From the sequence record MW388002.1: 64,000 bases of DNA, one strand, 5' to 3'. This DNA comes from Acinetobacter phage Mokit. Numbering within the stretch: the stretch's first letter is position 1; each line of letters begins with the position of its first letter. A program made the translations under genes and the position numbers. The notes beneath the pieces were generated by a model. That model had not been told where the DNA came from, did not search any database, and was given only the letters and a program-made list of their open reading frames with translations. Shown one piece after another: positions 1 through 13,255 of the stretch.

Positions 1-2
1 TA

Positions 3-995
3 CAAGGTACAGGTATTGCCGATAGGGTTGATGCAATTGATCTCAAAGTCACAAATTTAGATAAGGTAGTAAATGATCCAACTACTGGATTAGTTCAAGC
101 AAATATCTTTTTGCGAGATACAATAGGGGTTGATAATGCAAATTCTACAAGTGTCCTAGGGCGTCTGAATATTCTAGAAGACAACTCGTCTGGTACTGCC
201 AATGCCGTTCAAGATTTACAGTTAGTTGTAGGCAATACAACTACAGGTCTTGTCGCAGATTCAAGTAAGCACGGCAAATCATTATATGGCGATTCTACTG
301 CATCCGATCCCGTAGATAAAGCCGGTGTCGTAAGTGCAACTAAAAGCGTTTATACAGGCCTTAATGATGCAAATGTTGCAATCAAAGGTTTATATGATAG
401 GATGAAATATAATGGGCTGAAATACTCTAGTTTATCTGATGCTACAGTAGATGCAAATGACATCACAATATCATCTATGCTGAATATGACTCTTGCAAAA
501 TCTGTTAAATCTCCTAATGGTATTGCTAATATTTCACAACAAAATGATTTTGCCGATGCGATTAAGTCGGATGTTGTATTAGTCAATATTGGCACATGGG
601 ACTATGCGTTCAACACGCCATTAGGTTCTAAAGCTGATGCATCAAGTGAATATAGCGGATCAGTGTCATTCTATAATGAAGTATTCAAACTTTTTGATAA
701 AATCTTGACTGCAACATCAAAAACGCGGGTATTTGTTACTAATGGATATAGATCTACATTATTTACTGATGGAGTCAAGTATCCAGAGGCTAATAGCGAA
801 TCACATACATTAGATGATTACTCTACAGCTATTAGTGAAGTCGCTAAAATGTTCGGGATTCCTGTTATAGATACTAATAACGAATTTGGTCTTTATCATA
901 AGAACTCTGCGTTATTTTTAACTGCATCTGGATTTACAAATGCTGGCTCACAAAGATTTGTTAACCTTGTTGTTGGCCAAATAAATTCTAAATAA
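3..995 (+). CDS. wac: fibritin/neck-whisker (Wac)-like protein, C-terminal portion (5' end outside window)
   Basis: The frame is open from the window edge. The N-part has a segmented, repeat-like sequence (…[29 protein letters not shown]…) as in fibritin coiled-coil segments. The gene sits directly upstream of 13/14, as wac does in T4. The C-terminal ~150 aa is not a T4 foldon. Confidence 0.5.
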   Translation, partial: QGTGIADRVDAIDLKVTNLDKVVNDPTTGLVQANIFLRDTIGVDNANSTSVLGRLNILEDNSSGTANAVQDLQLVVGNTTTGLVADSSKHGKSLYGDSTASDPVDKAGVVSATKSVYTGLNDANVAIKGLYDRMKYNGLKYSSLSDATVDANDITISSMLNMTLAKSVKSPNGIANISQQNDFADAIKSDVVLVNIGTWDYAFNTPLGSKADASSEYSGSVSFYNEVFKLFDKILTATSKTRVFVTNGYRSTLFTDGVKYPEANSESHTLDDYSTAISEVAKMFGIPVIDTNNEFGLYHKNSALFLTASGFTNAGSQRFVNLVVGQINSK

Positions 996-999
996 AAAT

Positions 1000-1019
1000 A
1001 AGGCCTTCGGGCCTTTTGA
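1000..1019 (+). terminator. rho-independent terminator after wac (AAGGCC-TTCG-GGCCTT + T-run)
   Basis: Perfect 6-bp GC-rich stem with a UUCG loop, followed by TTTT, just after the stop codon. Confidence 0.6.
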
Positions 1020-1945
1020 GGTATTACATGTTTACAGAACCTAAAACACCTAAACAACTTAAAGATCACATTTTGATGCGTTTAGGTGCGCCAATTATTA
1101 AAATAGAAGTAACAGAACAGCAGATAATGCACTGTATTCAACGAGCATTAGAGTTATATGGCGAGTATCATTACAACGGACTGAACAAAACCTTTATGTG
1201 GGTTTATGTAGGAGATGATGAACAATACAAAAATGGAGTTTTTGATTTATCAAATGAAAATATTTTTGCTATAACACAAGTCATTAGAGGCAATACTGGT
1301 GCATTATTAACAATGGATGGTTCTGCTACTTATCCATGGGTAACTGACTTTATTCTAGGATTAGCTGGTGTAAACGGATGTTCTTCTGCACAATCATTTG
1401 GTCCAAATGCATATGGCGCAAATCTTAGTTACTACACATCGGTTATGCAATACTGGACAATACTTCAGAATATGCTTAATCCCGTGCCAGACTATTGGTT
1501 TAATGATGACACCGGGCAATTGAAATTATCCGGAAATTTTAAAAAGGGCGATTTTATGTTCCTTGAAGTATGGACAAAATCATTTGTTGACACAGGTCCA
1601 TCCGTTGGCACATATGCAGGATATGCATATGCTCAACCTGAACAAGACCCATGGACATTATCTGAAACATATAATAATGCAAATCGACGAGTTGCGGGAT
1701 ATAGAGCAGGTGAAAATGCAGGTGTCAAACAAGGTGCATTTAATAATCGCTGGGTAAAAGATTATGCAACGGCATTAGTCAAAGAACTCAATGGCCAAAT
1801 TTTAGCCAAGCACCAAGGCATGCAATTAGCTGGTGGTACCACAGTAGATGGATTGCGTCTTATCGAAGAATCACGAATAGAAAAAGAACGCTTACGTGAC
1901 GAATTAGATTTATTAGCAGCTCCACCTGGAATTTTAATGGGGTAA
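1016..1945 (+). CDS. 13: neck protein gp13 (head completion)
   Basis: 309 aa, the same length as T4 gp13; position between wac and gene 14; T4 synteny. Confidence 0.8.
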   Translation: MRYYMFTEPKTPKQLKDHILMRLGAPIIKIEVTEQQIMHCIQRALELYGEYHYNGLNKTFMWVYVGDDEQYKNGVFDLSNENIFAITQVIRGNTGALLTMDGSATYPWVTDFILGLAGVNGCSSAQSFGPNAYGANLSYYTSVMQYWTILQNMLNPVPDYWFNDDTGQLKLSGNFKKGDFMFLEVWTKSFVDTGPSVGTYAGYAYAQPEQDPWTLSETYNNANRRVAGYRAGENAGVKQGAFNNRWVKDYATALVKELNGQILAKHQGMQLAGGTTVDGLRLIEESRIEKERLRDELDLLAAPPGILMG

Positions 1946-1948
1946 GAT

Positions 1949-2719
1949 ATGACTACATTCGATAGTAGCTTGTTTGCTAAGCTAGAAGACGGTACAGGAT
2001 ATGATAAAACAAATACGTCTGAAGTACTTAACCCATATGTAAATTTCTATCATCATGAAAATACACAAACTCTCCAAGACGTACTTGTTGCAGAAAGCAT
2101 TCAAATGCGAGGAGTTGAGTGCTACTATTTGCCATCAGAATTTGTCAATAAAGATGAACTATTTGGTGAAGACCCATCAAGAAAATTCAACAAAGCTTGG
2201 AAATTTGCGGCATACTTGGATTCATTTGAAGGATATTCAGGAAGCAATACATTCTTCAGCAAATTTGGTATGACTGTTAATGATGAAGTTACAATAACTG
2301 TCAATCCAAATTTATTCAAACATCAAGTCAATGGTGCAGAGCCTAAAGAAGGTGATTTGTTCTATTTTGCAATGGACAAATCATTGTTTGAAATTACATG
2401 GGTTGAGCCATACACTCCATTTTATCAGGTAGGCTCTAATGCAATGCGTCGGATTACTGCACAGAAATTTGTTTATTCTGGAGAAGAGATCAAACCCGTC
2501 CTACAGGTTAATGAAGGCATCAACATCCCCGAATTTAGTGAGCTTGATTTAGATCCTATTCATGCGCTTAATGGCATTCATGATATTAAGACTGACCAGT
2601 ATATAGAATCGGATGAAATCAATAATGAAGGTAAAGAAATCATAGAACCTTATGTTGTCATAAACAACAAAGGGATTATGGGAGACGGAACGCCTTTTGA
2701 CGATTTTATGGACTCATAA
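1949..2719 (+). CDS. 14: neck protein gp14
   Basis: 256 aa, the same length as T4 gp14; synteny. Confidence 0.8.
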   Translation: MTTFDSSLFAKLEDGTGYDKTNTSEVLNPYVNFYHHENTQTLQDVLVAESIQMRGVECYYLPSEFVNKDELFGEDPSRKFNKAWKFAAYLDSFEGYSGSNTFFSKFGMTVNDEVTITVNPNLFKHQVNGAEPKEGDLFYFAMDKSLFEITWVEPYTPFYQVGSNAMRRITAQKFVYSGEEIKPVLQVNEGINIPEFSELDLDPIHALNGIHDIKTDQYIESDEINNEGKEIIEPYVVINNKGIMGDGTPFDDFMDS

Positions 2720-2740
2720 ATACATTTATCATAGAGGGCA

Positions 2741-3595
2741 TTGCCCTCTCACGGAATAAGGAGAATCAAAATTTTTGGTTATTGGTACAACTCGTCTATT
2801 AGGCGCTATTGCGTCTTGATGGGAGATTTATTTTCCCATGTTCAAGTCATGAGACAACGAGATAATGACAAGATTGACTTGATCAAAGTTCCTATTACGT
2901 TTTCGTCGAAGGAACGATTCATAGAAAAATTAGATACAGTGACTTCTGTTAACAATAATGGACCTGTAGCAAAAGTAGAAACTATTTTGCCTAGAATGTG
3001 TTTAAATTTAGTTGATATACTTTACAATGGGCAGTATAAAACAAGCGTTACTAACAGAACGGTTAAAACGCCAGCAAAGGCTCAAAATTTAGTATCTCAA
3101 TATAACCCGGTCCCAGTTAAATTTATTTTTGAACTCGGCATATACACTCGTCATCAAGATGACATGTTCCAAATAATTGAACAAATTTGGCCATATTTCC
3201 AACCGCATTTTTCAACTCAAATGAAAGAACTATTTGGAAATGACATCACATTTGACAGAAATATCCGAGTTGTGCTCCAGTCATTATCATTTGATAATCA
3301 AATTGACACGGATAAAACTACTCGACGGCGCCTTCAAACAGATTTTATCTTTGAGGTCAATGGATGGTTATATCCACCTGTAGCAGAAATAAAAGGTGAA
3401 ATTAAAACGATCTATTTAGATTTGTTTGCCAATGAAAAGACTCTAACACATGACGGCGTATTTGAATCAGTGGACACTCAAATTAGACCTATTGATGCAA
3501 CAAAAGACAATTGGGATGGCGAGTTTGCTCAAGGACAATCAGTTGGTATACCTATTCCTACTGCACCAGAAGAGCCCCATATAAGGAGAAATTAA
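2741..3595 (+). CDS. 15: tail sheath stabilizer/tail completion gp15
   Basis: …[21 protein letters not shown]… aligns with the T4 gp15 N-terminus MFGYFYNSSFRRYATLMGDLFS. The ORF-track start is a TTG. The probable true start is the AUU at 2771 (RBS AGGAGA 6 nt upstream) or the AUG at 2819. Confidence 0.85.
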   Translation: MPSHGIRRIKIFGYWYNSSIRRYCVLMGDLFSHVQVMRQRDNDKIDLIKVPITFSSKERFIEKLDTVTSVNNNGPVAKVETILPRMCLNLVDILYNGQYKTSVTNRTVKTPAKAQNLVSQYNPVPVKFIFELGIYTRHQDDMFQIIEQIWPYFQPHFSTQMKELFGNDITFDRNIRVVLQSLSFDNQIDTDKTTRRRLQTDFIFEVNGWLYPPVAEIKGEIKTIYLDLFANEKTLTHDGVFESVDTQIRPIDATKDNWDGEFAQGQSVGIPIPTAPEEPHIRRN

Positions 3596-4076
3596 TGCAA
3601 GACATCATGGCGCAAATCATGGATTGTACTGATTTGCCTGGAATGGAAGGAGAAGAGTTAGTAGTTTATAAGCCCTTGGAACTTGAAGAAGTAATAAGCA
3701 ATCCGACGAACCGGACTCCTGATCTAGAGTCAGATTATTCCATTGTACGAAAAAATATGCACTTCCAGCAACAAATGTTAATGGACGCAGCAAAAATATT
3801 CTTAGAAACTGCAAAAAATGCAGACAGCCCAAGACATATGGAAGTTTTTGCTACACTTATGGGGCAAATGACTACAACTAATAAAGAAATCCTTAAACTC
3901 CACAAAGAGATGAAGGATATTACAAACGAGACTACAACAGCTGGCAAAGGCGATGAGAAGCCTAATGTCAACATTGAAAATGCACATGTCTTCGTCGGTG
4001 GTCCAACGGATATGATGGACAAATTTGGCGATGGATTTGAAACTAGAACCCGTAATATGCAAGTGGTAGATGAACA

Positions 4077-4080
<4 letters not shown>
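3595..4080 (+). CDS. 16: terminase small subunit gp16
   Basis: [22 protein letters not shown]…[22 protein letters not shown] is almost identical to a T4 gp16 block. An AAGGAG RBS lies upstream and the ATG overlaps the gp15 stop. Confidence 0.9.
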
Positions 4081-6322
<2,242 letters not shown>

Positions 6323-6324
<2 letters not shown>

Positions 6325-6330
6325 ATATTG
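6323..6330 (+). promoter_or_regulatory. T4-type late promoter TATAAATA upstream of gene 18
   Basis: Exact TATAAATA ~26 nt upstream of the gp18 ATG. Confidence 0.55.
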
Positions 6331-6355
6331 AAAAATAAAATAAACAGGAGTCAAA

Positions 6356-8332
6356 ATGGCTTTATTATCACCTGGTATTGAACTAAAAGAGAATACCACA
6401 CAAAGTACAGTAGTACAGAATGCCACTGGGCGTGCTGCAATGGCCGGCAAGTTCCAATGGGGACCTGCATATCAAGTAATTCAAGTTACAAATGAAGTAG
6501 AATTAGTAGATTTATTCGGTCGCCCTAACAACCTCACATCAGAATATTTTATGTCTGCTGCGAATTTCTTACAGTACGGTAATGATCTGCGCCTTGTACG
6601 TGCAGTTAACGAAGAAGTGGCCAAAAACTCAAGCCCTATTGCAGGCAATGTTAAATTCACAATTTCCTCTGCTGGTAACAACTATAAAGTCGGGGACAAA
6701 ATTACCGTTAAGTATACATCTACTACAATCGAATCTGATGGACGTGTAACTAAAGTAGACGCAGACGGCAAAATTACTGGAATCTTTATTCCTACTGATA
6801 AAATTATTGCATATTCAAAATCAATCGGGCAGTATCCTGCACTTAGCGATGCATGGGTTACTGAAGTTACTTCAGTAACAGGTATACAAGGTGCAATTAA
6901 CCTAGGATCAATTGAAACTGACTCTGGTATCATTCTCACCGACCCGGACAATGCCGTACCTCGCATGACATCAACATCATTCCAAGAGTCGTTGAAAAAA
7001 TATGGTATGCCTGGTGTAGTTGCTTTATATCCAGGTGAAACTGGTGATCAACTTGAAATTGAAATTGTTTCTAAAGCCGATTATGACAAAGGCTCACCAA
7101 TTTTAAATGTATATCCTTCAGGCGGTACTCGAGTATCTGTCGCTAAAGGTGTATTTGGGTATGGTCCGCAAACTGATGACCAGTACGCTTTCATTGTAAG
7201 ACGTAATGGTGAAGTCGTAGAAAATTATATTCTTTCTACTAAGCAAGGTGACAAAGACATCTATGGAAGCAATATTTTCCTCGATGATTATTTTGCTCGT
7301 GGCTCAAGTAATTACATCTTTGCAACTTCTACTGGATTTCCTAAAGGCTTCTCAGGTATCATTAAACTTAATGGTGGCCTTTCTGCAAATGAAGCCGTAA
7401 CCGCTGGAGATTTAATGCTTGCATGGGATAAATTTGCTGACGCTGAAGCACTTCATGTCAACCTAATGATTGCCGGATCATGTGCAGGTGAATCCCCTGA
7501 AATCGCTTCTACTGTACAAAAACATGTAGTGTCATTGGCCGACGAACGACGTGACTGTTTAGTACTTATTTCTCCGCCTCGTGAAACAATTGTAGACGTT
7601 GGTCCAACTCGCGCAGTAGATAATCTTATTGCATGGCGTGAAGGTACTGGCGAATATGACACTGCAAACATGAACATTAGTTCAACATATGCATTTATTG
7701 ATGGCAACTACAAATATCAATATGACAAATACAATGATGTTAACCGCTGGGTGCCATTAGCCGGTGATATCGCTGGATTATGTGCTCGTACTGATGATAT
7801 TTCTCAACCGTGGATGTCTCCAGCAGGCTATCAACGTGGTCAATTGTTGAATGTTGTCAAGTTGGCTATCGAACCTCGTAAAGCACAACGTGACCGTATG
7901 TATCAAGATGCAATCAATCCGGTTATTGGTGCAAATGGCGGAGACGGATTCGTGTTGTTTGGTGACAAAACTGCAACAAAAGTTCCTTCACCGTTTGACC
8001 GAGTAAACGTTCGTCGTTTATTCAATATGCTTAAAAAGAATATTGGTGATGCTTCTAAATTCCGTTTATTCGAAATTAACGATGCATTCACACGTAGTGC
8101 CTTCCGCATGGAAACTTCGCAATATCTTTCAGGCATTCGTTCTTTGGGCGGTGTATATGATTTCCGAGTAGTTTGTAATGAGACTAATAACACACCGGCG
8201 GTTATTGATCGAAATGAATTTGTTGCAACATTCTACATCAAACCGGCGCGGTCGATAAATTTTATTCAATTGAATTTTGTAGCTACTGCTACATCTGCAG
8301 ATTTTGATGAATTGATTGGCAAACAACAATAA
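6356..8332 (+). CDS. 18: tail sheath protein gp18
   Basis: MALLSPGIELKENTTQSTVV…GKFQWGPAYQV aligns with the T4 gp18 N-terminus; 658 aa versus 659 in T4. Confidence 0.95.
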   Translation: MALLSPGIELKENTTQSTVVQNATGRAAMAGKFQWGPAYQVIQVTNEVELVDLFGRPNNLTSEYFMSAANFLQYGNDLRLVRAVNEEVAKNSSPIAGNVKFTISSAGNNYKVGDKITVKYTSTTIESDGRVTKVDADGKITGIFIPTDKIIAYSKSIGQYPALSDAWVTEVTSVTGIQGAINLGSIETDSGIILTDPDNAVPRMTSTSFQESLKKYGMPGVVALYPGETGDQLEIEIVSKADYDKGSPILNVYPSGGTRVSVAKGVFGYGPQTDDQYAFIVRRNGEVVENYILSTKQGDKDIYGSNIFLDDYFARGSSNYIFATSTGFPKGFSGIIKLNGGLSANEAVTAGDLMLAWDKFADAEALHVNLMIAGSCAGESPEIASTVQKHVVSLADERRDCLVLISPPRETIVDVGPTRAVDNLIAWREGTGEYDTANMNISSTYAFIDGNYKYQYDKYNDVNRWVPLAGDIAGLCARTDDISQPWMSPAGYQRGQLLNVVKLAIEPRKAQRDRMYQDAINPVIGANGGDGFVLFGDKTATKVPSPFDRVNVRRLFNMLKKNIGDASKFRLFEINDAFTRSAFRMETSQYLSGIRSLGGVYDFRVVCNETNNTPAVIDRNEFVATFYIKPARSINFIQLNFVATATSADFDELIGKQQ

Positions 8333-8338
8333 TCTTAT

Positions 8339-8367
8339 GGCTCTCTATAAATAAAAATATAGAGAGC
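8339..8367 (+). promoter_or_regulatory. hairpin (GGCTCTCTATA/TATAGAGAGC) with an embedded late promoter TATAAATA (8346-8353)
   Basis: 10-bp perfect inverted repeat right after the gp18 stop. The TATAAATA motif spans the stem and loop. Confidence 0.5.
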
Positions 8368-8383
8368 TAATATTGAGATAGAG

Positions 8384-8968
8384 ATGATTATTGATAAAAC
8401 TGTTAAAGTTAAAATTGTTGCAAGCAATTTCAAATATTTTTCTGAACTTGGGTACAAGTTGAAGAAACTTGAACGTCGTAATGCAAATCCGCAAATCATT
8501 GATGTTAAAATTGAGCATTTAAAACCGGGCTCTAACGTTAGAGTCTCATGTAAATGTGATAGATGCTCTGAAATATACACACAACGGGTCTGTCGAGACA
8601 CCGACATTTGTTATCCTTGTAGAAAACATCTAAGTTTGCTTGGAAACAAACACGGTGCGGGCGGCGGTTACACCATCCCTTCAATGCAAGGTGAAAAACA
8701 CCCTAGATGGAATCCTAATAAATCTGAAAAACGAAAGTATGTAAATGAGTGCAATAAGGTTACTGCACGATTTGATTTAAGTACACTTGAAAATTCAGAT
8801 AAACCTCGCGGATTGTGTGGAGTAGAAGGCGCATATCAATTAGATCATATCATTCCTATCCAATACGGATTTGACAATAATATCTCTCCAGAAATAATTG
8901 GGCATATTGACAACCTAAGGTTTATCCCTTGGGAAGAAAATAATGCAAAAAGAGACAAAATAATTTAA
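8384..8968 (+). CDS. HNH homing-endonuclease-like protein (N-terminal Cys-rich Zn-binding region + HNH motif)
   Basis: …YQLDHIIPIQYGFDNN…NLRFIPWEENNAKRDK matches the HNH signature. The N-terminal CxxC…CxxC cluster supports Zn-finger DNA binding. T4 has no gene at this position. Confidence 0.7.
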   Translation: MIIDKTVKVKIVASNFKYFSELGYKLKKLERRNANPQIIDVKIEHLKPGSNVRVSCKCDRCSEIYTQRVCRDTDICYPCRKHLSLLGNKHGAGGGYTIPSMQGEKHPRWNPNKSEKRKYVNECNKVTARFDLSTLENSDKPRGLCGVEGAYQLDHIIPIQYGFDNNISPEIIGHIDNLRFIPWEENNAKRDKII

Positions 8969-8977
8969 GGAAATATA

Positions 8978-9469
8978 ATGGAACTTACAGATTTACTCAG
9001 AGCATTTGAGTCTGGTGACTTTGCACGCCCAAACTTATTTGAAGTTGAAATTCCTTTCTTAGGCAAGAATTTTAGTTTCAAATGTAAAGCTGCTGCAATG
9101 CCTCCTGCAAACGTAGACAAAATTGCAGTTGGCTTCCAAAACAGAAAATTGCATGTTGCTGGTGATAGAACATTTGATGATTGGTCGGTAACGATTTATT
9201 CAGATGATAAGCATGAAACTCGTCAGGCTATCCTTGATTGGCAAAATCTATGTCATGGTCAAGGAGCAGAAATTAGTGGTGCTACACCTGCTGATTACAA
9301 AAAGACAGCAGTTATTCGCCAATTTGGACGCGATGGCAAAACCATTACCAAAGAGCATACCATTTATGGGCTGTGGCCTACTATTGTAGGCGAAGTGCAA
9401 CTTGACTGGGATACAAACTCAGAAGTAGAAACATTTGAAACTACATTTGCATTAGATTATTGGCTATAA
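8978..9469 (+). CDS. 19: tail tube protein gp19
   Basis: 163 aa, the same as T4. RAFESGDFARPNLFEVEIPF…DRTFDDWSVT aligns with T4 gp19. Confidence 0.95.
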   Translation: MELTDLLRAFESGDFARPNLFEVEIPFLGKNFSFKCKAAAMPPANVDKIAVGFQNRKLHVAGDRTFDDWSVTIYSDDKHETRQAILDWQNLCHGQGAEISGATPADYKKTAVIRQFGRDGKTITKEHTIYGLWPTIVGEVQLDWDTNSEVETFETTFALDYWL

Positions 9470-9478
9470 GTGAAAATC

Positions 9479-9510
9479 CGATTGGTATAAATAACTTTAT
9501 ATCAATCGGA
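9479..9510 (+). promoter_or_regulatory. hairpin (CCGATTG…CAATCGG) whose loop carries the late promoter TATAAATA (9487-9494)
   Basis: 7-bp inverted repeat flanking an exact TATAAATA, ~37 nt upstream of the gene 20 ATG. Confidence 0.5.
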
Positions 9511-9530
9511 ACCACTCTGTAGGAGGATTT

Positions 9531-11084
9531 ATGCAAGATGTGAACGATTTGAAAATGTTCGCCTTTTGGCAAAAAGTTGACACCACAGAATACGATCAGA
9601 TTATTAACGATAAAGCAGAGTCTATCACCGCTCCAAAATTTGATGATGGCGCTACAGAGATTGAATCATCTGACGCATCATACAATGGTGTATTTAGACA
9701 ATTATACGGTAATCAAGACCCTAATGTTACTTCGACAAAGGAATTGATTAACACTTATCGAAGCATGCTTAATAACTATGAAGTCGATAATGCCGTACAA
9801 GAAATTGTTTCAGATGCAATCGTGTATGAAGATGGCTATGATGTAGTATCTCTTGATTTAGAACAAACAAAATTTTCGCCTAATATTCGTGAAAAAATAT
9901 TTGAAGAATTTTCAGAAATTCTCAATATGCTTAATTTCCAGCGTAAAGGTTCTGATCATTTTAGACGTTGGTATGTAGATTCACGTATATTTTATCATAA
10001 GATTATTAATCCGTCACGCCCAAAGGATGGCATCATAGAGTTAAGGCGTTTAGATCCACGTCAAGTTCAGTTTATACGTGAAATTGAAACTGTTACGGAA
10101 AAAGGGGTCAAAGTAGTAAAAGGTTATAAAGAATATTTCATTTATGACACGCAAAATGACACATACAACTGCAATGGTAGACAATTTGCCGCAGGTTCTA
10201 AAGTTAGAATCCCGTATTCTGCAATGGTTTATGCTCATTCAGGGCTTGTGGATTGCTGTGGCAAAAACATTATCGGCTATTTGCATAGAGCAGTTAAACC
10301 AGCCAACCAGCTGAAATTGCTTGAAGATGCAATGATGATTTATCGTCTTACTCGCGCGCCCGATCGTCGTGTTTTTTATATTGATACAGGTAACATGCCG
10401 GCTCGCAAAGCAGCACAACATATGCAACACATTATGAATTCTCATCGAAATAGAATTTCATATGATGCATCTACAGGAAAAATTAAAAATCAGGCGAATA
10501 TGATGGCCCTCACCGAGGACTATTGGCTACAACGTCGTGATGGTAAAGCAGTTACCGAAGTTGATACATTGCCGGGCATGTCTGGTATGAATGAAATGGA
10601 TGACATTTTATACTTCCGTAAAGCACTGTACATGGCACTTCGGGTACCATTATCTCGAATACCCGATGAACAGTCTCAAAATGTGTTTGATATGAGCACA
10701 GCCATATCACGTGATGAGCTTAGATTTGATAAGTTCATTATGGAACTTCAACATAAGTTTGAAGAAATTTTCCTTAATCCACTCAAAAGTAATTTGCTTT
10801 TAAAACGCATTATTAGCGAAGACGAGTGGGAGAACGAAATAAATAATATTAAAGTTGTATTCCACAAAAATTCCTATTTCACTGAAATGAAAGAAATGGA
10901 AATTATGGAACGACGTGTCAATGCACTTAATTTAGTTGAACCTTATGTTGGCAAATATATTTCTAATCAAACTGCAATGAAACAATTCTTGCATATGACT
11001 GATGAAGAAATTGCGGCTGAGCGTAAAATTATTGACAAAGAGCTTAAAGATAAAGTATATAACCCACCAGACGAGGAATTATAA
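9531..11084 (+). CDS. 20: portal vertex protein gp20
   Basis: Long identical blocks with T4 gp20 ([64 protein letters not shown]). Confidence 0.95.
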   Translation: MQDVNDLKMFAFWQKVDTTEYDQIINDKAESITAPKFDDGATEIESSDASYNGVFRQLYGNQDPNVTSTKELINTYRSMLNNYEVDNAVQEIVSDAIVYEDGYDVVSLDLEQTKFSPNIREKIFEEFSEILNMLNFQRKGSDHFRRWYVDSRIFYHKIINPSRPKDGIIELRRLDPRQVQFIREIETVTEKGVKVVKGYKEYFIYDTQNDTYNCNGRQFAAGSKVRIPYSAMVYAHSGLVDCCGKNIIGYLHRAVKPANQLKLLEDAMMIYRLTRAPDRRVFYIDTGNMPARKAAQHMQHIMNSHRNRISYDASTGKIKNQANMMALTEDYWLQRRDGKAVTEVDTLPGMSGMNEMDDILYFRKALYMALRVPLSRIPDEQSQNVFDMSTAISRDELRFDKFIMELQHKFEEIFLNPLKSNLLLKRIISEDEWENEINNIKVVFHKNSYFTEMKEMEIMERRVNALNLVEPYVGKYISNQTAMKQFLHMTDEEIAAERKIIDKELKDKVYNPPDEEL

Positions 11085-11299
11085 TGGACGATATTATTCA
11101 AGCCATTGCTTCCAACGACCTAGTAAAATTTAAGCGTTGCTTTAATGAAGCTATGGCAACAAAAGTTGGAAAAGTCTTACAAGAAGAAAAACTACAAATT
11201 GCTAAATCTGTCATGATTGAAGGTGAAGAAGCTGCCCTTGATGATGAAGACGATGAAGATGAAGGCGATGACAATCCTGAGCCAGATGAGGACGACTAA
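11084..11299 (+). CDS. 67: prohead core protein gp67
   Basis: 71 aa with an acidic C-terminal tail; position after gene 20. Confidence 0.75.
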   Translation: MDDIIQAIASNDLVKFKRCFNEAMATKVGKVLQEEKLQIAKSVMIEGEEAALDDEDDEDEGDDNPEPDEDD

Positions 11300-11727
11300 T
11301 GTTGATTATTGTTGAAAACGAATTAGTTTTTGATGATGTTTCAAATCTCCTTCCTGAAGCAACAAAACAATATGAACAGCTCTCAAAACTTTTTGAGAAA
11401 GACGAAATTGTTAAAATTGTTGAAAATTTAGGTAAAACAGAGCCAGAACTTGCAGTTGCAATTGGCTCTCTTGTAGAAGATGTACCTTTAAATGAATTCA
11501 TGGTAAAACATGTAAGTGCAAAAGGCGAACTCACAAAAACTAAAGATCGCAAAACACGTGAACGTAATGCGTATCAAACTACTGGGTTATCAAAATCTGA
11601 ACGGCGCCGTATTGCTCGCAAGGCGGTAAAAACAAAAAAAGCGAATCCTTCCGGTCAGATTCGAGCTCAAAAGAAAATTAAAAAAGCTCGTGCTAAACGC
11701 AAGAGTATGTATGGACTTAAACCATGA
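11299..11727 (+). CDS. 68: prohead core protein gp68
   Basis: 142 aa with a basic C-terminus; synteny. Confidence 0.75.
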   Translation: MLIIVENELVFDDVSNLLPEATKQYEQLSKLFEKDEIVKIVENLGKTEPELAVAIGSLVEDVPLNEFMVKHVSAKGELTKTKDRKTRERNAYQTTGLSKSERRRIARKAVKTKKANPSGQIRAQKKIKKARAKRKSMYGLKP

Positions 11728-12371
11728 CTAATGAACCTCAATTGTTAATTGAGCATTGGGGCCAGGCAGCAGAAGTTACGGATGTTTTAACTAATCAGCT
11801 GGACGAGTCTTTAGGCAAAGGATTGCCACCAGGTTTGTATATTGAAGGTATCTTTCTTCAGGCAGATGTTGTCAACAGAAATAGAAGATACTATCCTAAG
11901 GCTGTTCTCGAAAAGGCTGTTGATAAGTACATCAAAGAACAAGTCAATACAAACCAGGCATTAGGCGAATTAAACCATCCGCCAAGAGCAAATGTCGACC
12001 CAATGCAGGCCGCCATTATTATCGAAGATATGTGGTGGAAAGGCAAAAATGTGATGGGACGTGCTAGAATTATTGAAGGCGACAATGGAGCCGGAGATAA
12101 ATTGGCAGCACTCATCAGATCAGGTTGGAAGCCTGGAGTATCAAGTCGAGGACTTGGTAATGTCAAAGATTCTGGACGTGGATATAATATCGTCCAAGAA
12201 GGATTCCGTCTAACAGTAGGTGTTGATGTTGTTTGGGGCCCTAGTGCGCCAGATGCATGGGTAAAACCGATGGAAATTACTGAAAGCGTAAATGAGGATG
12301 CAACTGTAGCAACAAATCAGAACGCTGATTCAGCATTCAAGAAATTAATTAGTAACTTGAGTGCGTTATAA
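11724..12371 (+). CDS. 21: prohead core protease gp21
   Basis: 215 aa (T4 212 aa); position; …LGELNHPP… region resembles the T4 gp21 serine protease. Confidence 0.85.
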   Translation: MTNEPQLLIEHWGQAAEVTDVLTNQLDESLGKGLPPGLYIEGIFLQADVVNRNRRYYPKAVLEKAVDKYIKEQVNTNQALGELNHPPRANVDPMQAAIIIEDMWWKGKNVMGRARIIEGDNGAGDKLAALIRSGWKPGVSSRGLGNVKDSGRGYNIVQEGFRLTVGVDVVWGPSAPDAWVKPMEITESVNEDATVATNQNADSAFKKLISNLSAL

Positions 12372-12401
12372 ATAAAATTATATTAAAAACAGGAAATCAA
12401 A

Positions 12402-13229
12402 ATGCTGAAAGATCAATTACTCAAGGAAGCTCAAGAAATTGAAGTTTCTGTAGAATTAGACGGTATTTTTGAATCAGTAGAACTTTCTGAAGAAATGCAA
12501 CAGAATTTTAAAACTGTATTCGAAACAGCCGTTAAAAAGAATGCTTCTGCGCTAGCTGAATCTCACATCTTAGCCATTGCTGAAAAGGCTGATGAACGTG
12601 TTAATGAAGAAGTTGAAGCACAAGTTAAAGCAGTTGAAACAAAACTAGTTGAAGCCGCTGACAAATTGTTTGAACATACAGCAAAAGAATGGTTAGCTGA
12701 AAACAAACTTGAAGTTAGTCGTGGTATTAAAGCCGACCTATTCGAATCAATGTTCGAAGGCCTTAAATCACTAGTTGTAGAACATAACATTGTACTTCCT
12801 GAAGAATCTGTTGACGTTGTTACTGAAATGGAAGAAGAACTTCAAGAACACAAAGAAGAAAATTCTAAGTTGTTTACTGCTTTGACCGAAACACAAGATG
12901 AATTAAAATCATTAAAACGTGAAGTTGCAGTAAATGAAGCTACTAGCGAATTGACTGAAAGCCAAAAAGAAAAAGTTCATAGCCTAATCGAAGGTCTTGA
13001 ATATGGCGATACATTCGAAAGTAAATTAGCTGCTATTGTTGAAATGGCTACTGCTACTAAGACTCCTGCGCCGATTGTTGAAAGCGTTGAAGGACGTTCA
13101 GAACCCGAAATAAATAATACTAACAATGATGCATCTGGTTTGAATTACATTGCTGAAGAACACCCAGCCGAAGAACCTGCACCAAATGCAAAAATCAACT
13201 CTTATGTAGCAGCTGCAAAACGCTTCTAA
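12402..13229 (+). CDS. 22: prohead core scaffold protein gp22
   Basis: 275 aa, highly acidic and alpha-helical with low complexity; synteny. Confidence 0.8.
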   Translation: MLKDQLLKEAQEIEVSVELDGIFESVELSEEMQQNFKTVFETAVKKNASALAESHILAIAEKADERVNEEVEAQVKAVETKLVEAADKLFEHTAKEWLAENKLEVSRGIKADLFESMFEGLKSLVVEHNIVLPEESVDVVTEMEEELQEHKEENSKLFTALTETQDELKSLKREVAVNEATSELTESQKEKVHSLIEGLEYGDTFESKLAAIVEMATATKTPAPIVESVEGRSEPEINNTNNDASGLNYIAEEHPAEEPAPNAKINSYVAAAKRF

Positions 13230-13255
13230 TAAAATTTCCACAAAGGTAATAAAAC

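Noticed and set aside
350-595. Numerous 60-130-aa ORFs on the opposite strand or in alternative frames inside large conserved genes (for example 350-595, 1563-1757, 4923-5186, 6481-6966, 7453-7707, 15169-15561, 18265-18462, 27511-28206, 31873-32280, 59953-60324).
   Set aside because: Each is fully embedded in a gene whose product aligns end to end with a T4 protein. They lack RBSs and have low-complexity or odd composition typical of antisense frames in AT-rich DNA.
540-995. Calling the fibritin C-terminal domain an SGNH esterase.
   Set aside because: Only a weak block-V-like resemblance is present. The GDS(L) nucleophile block and the GxND block are not identifiable, so I kept it as a hypothesis only.
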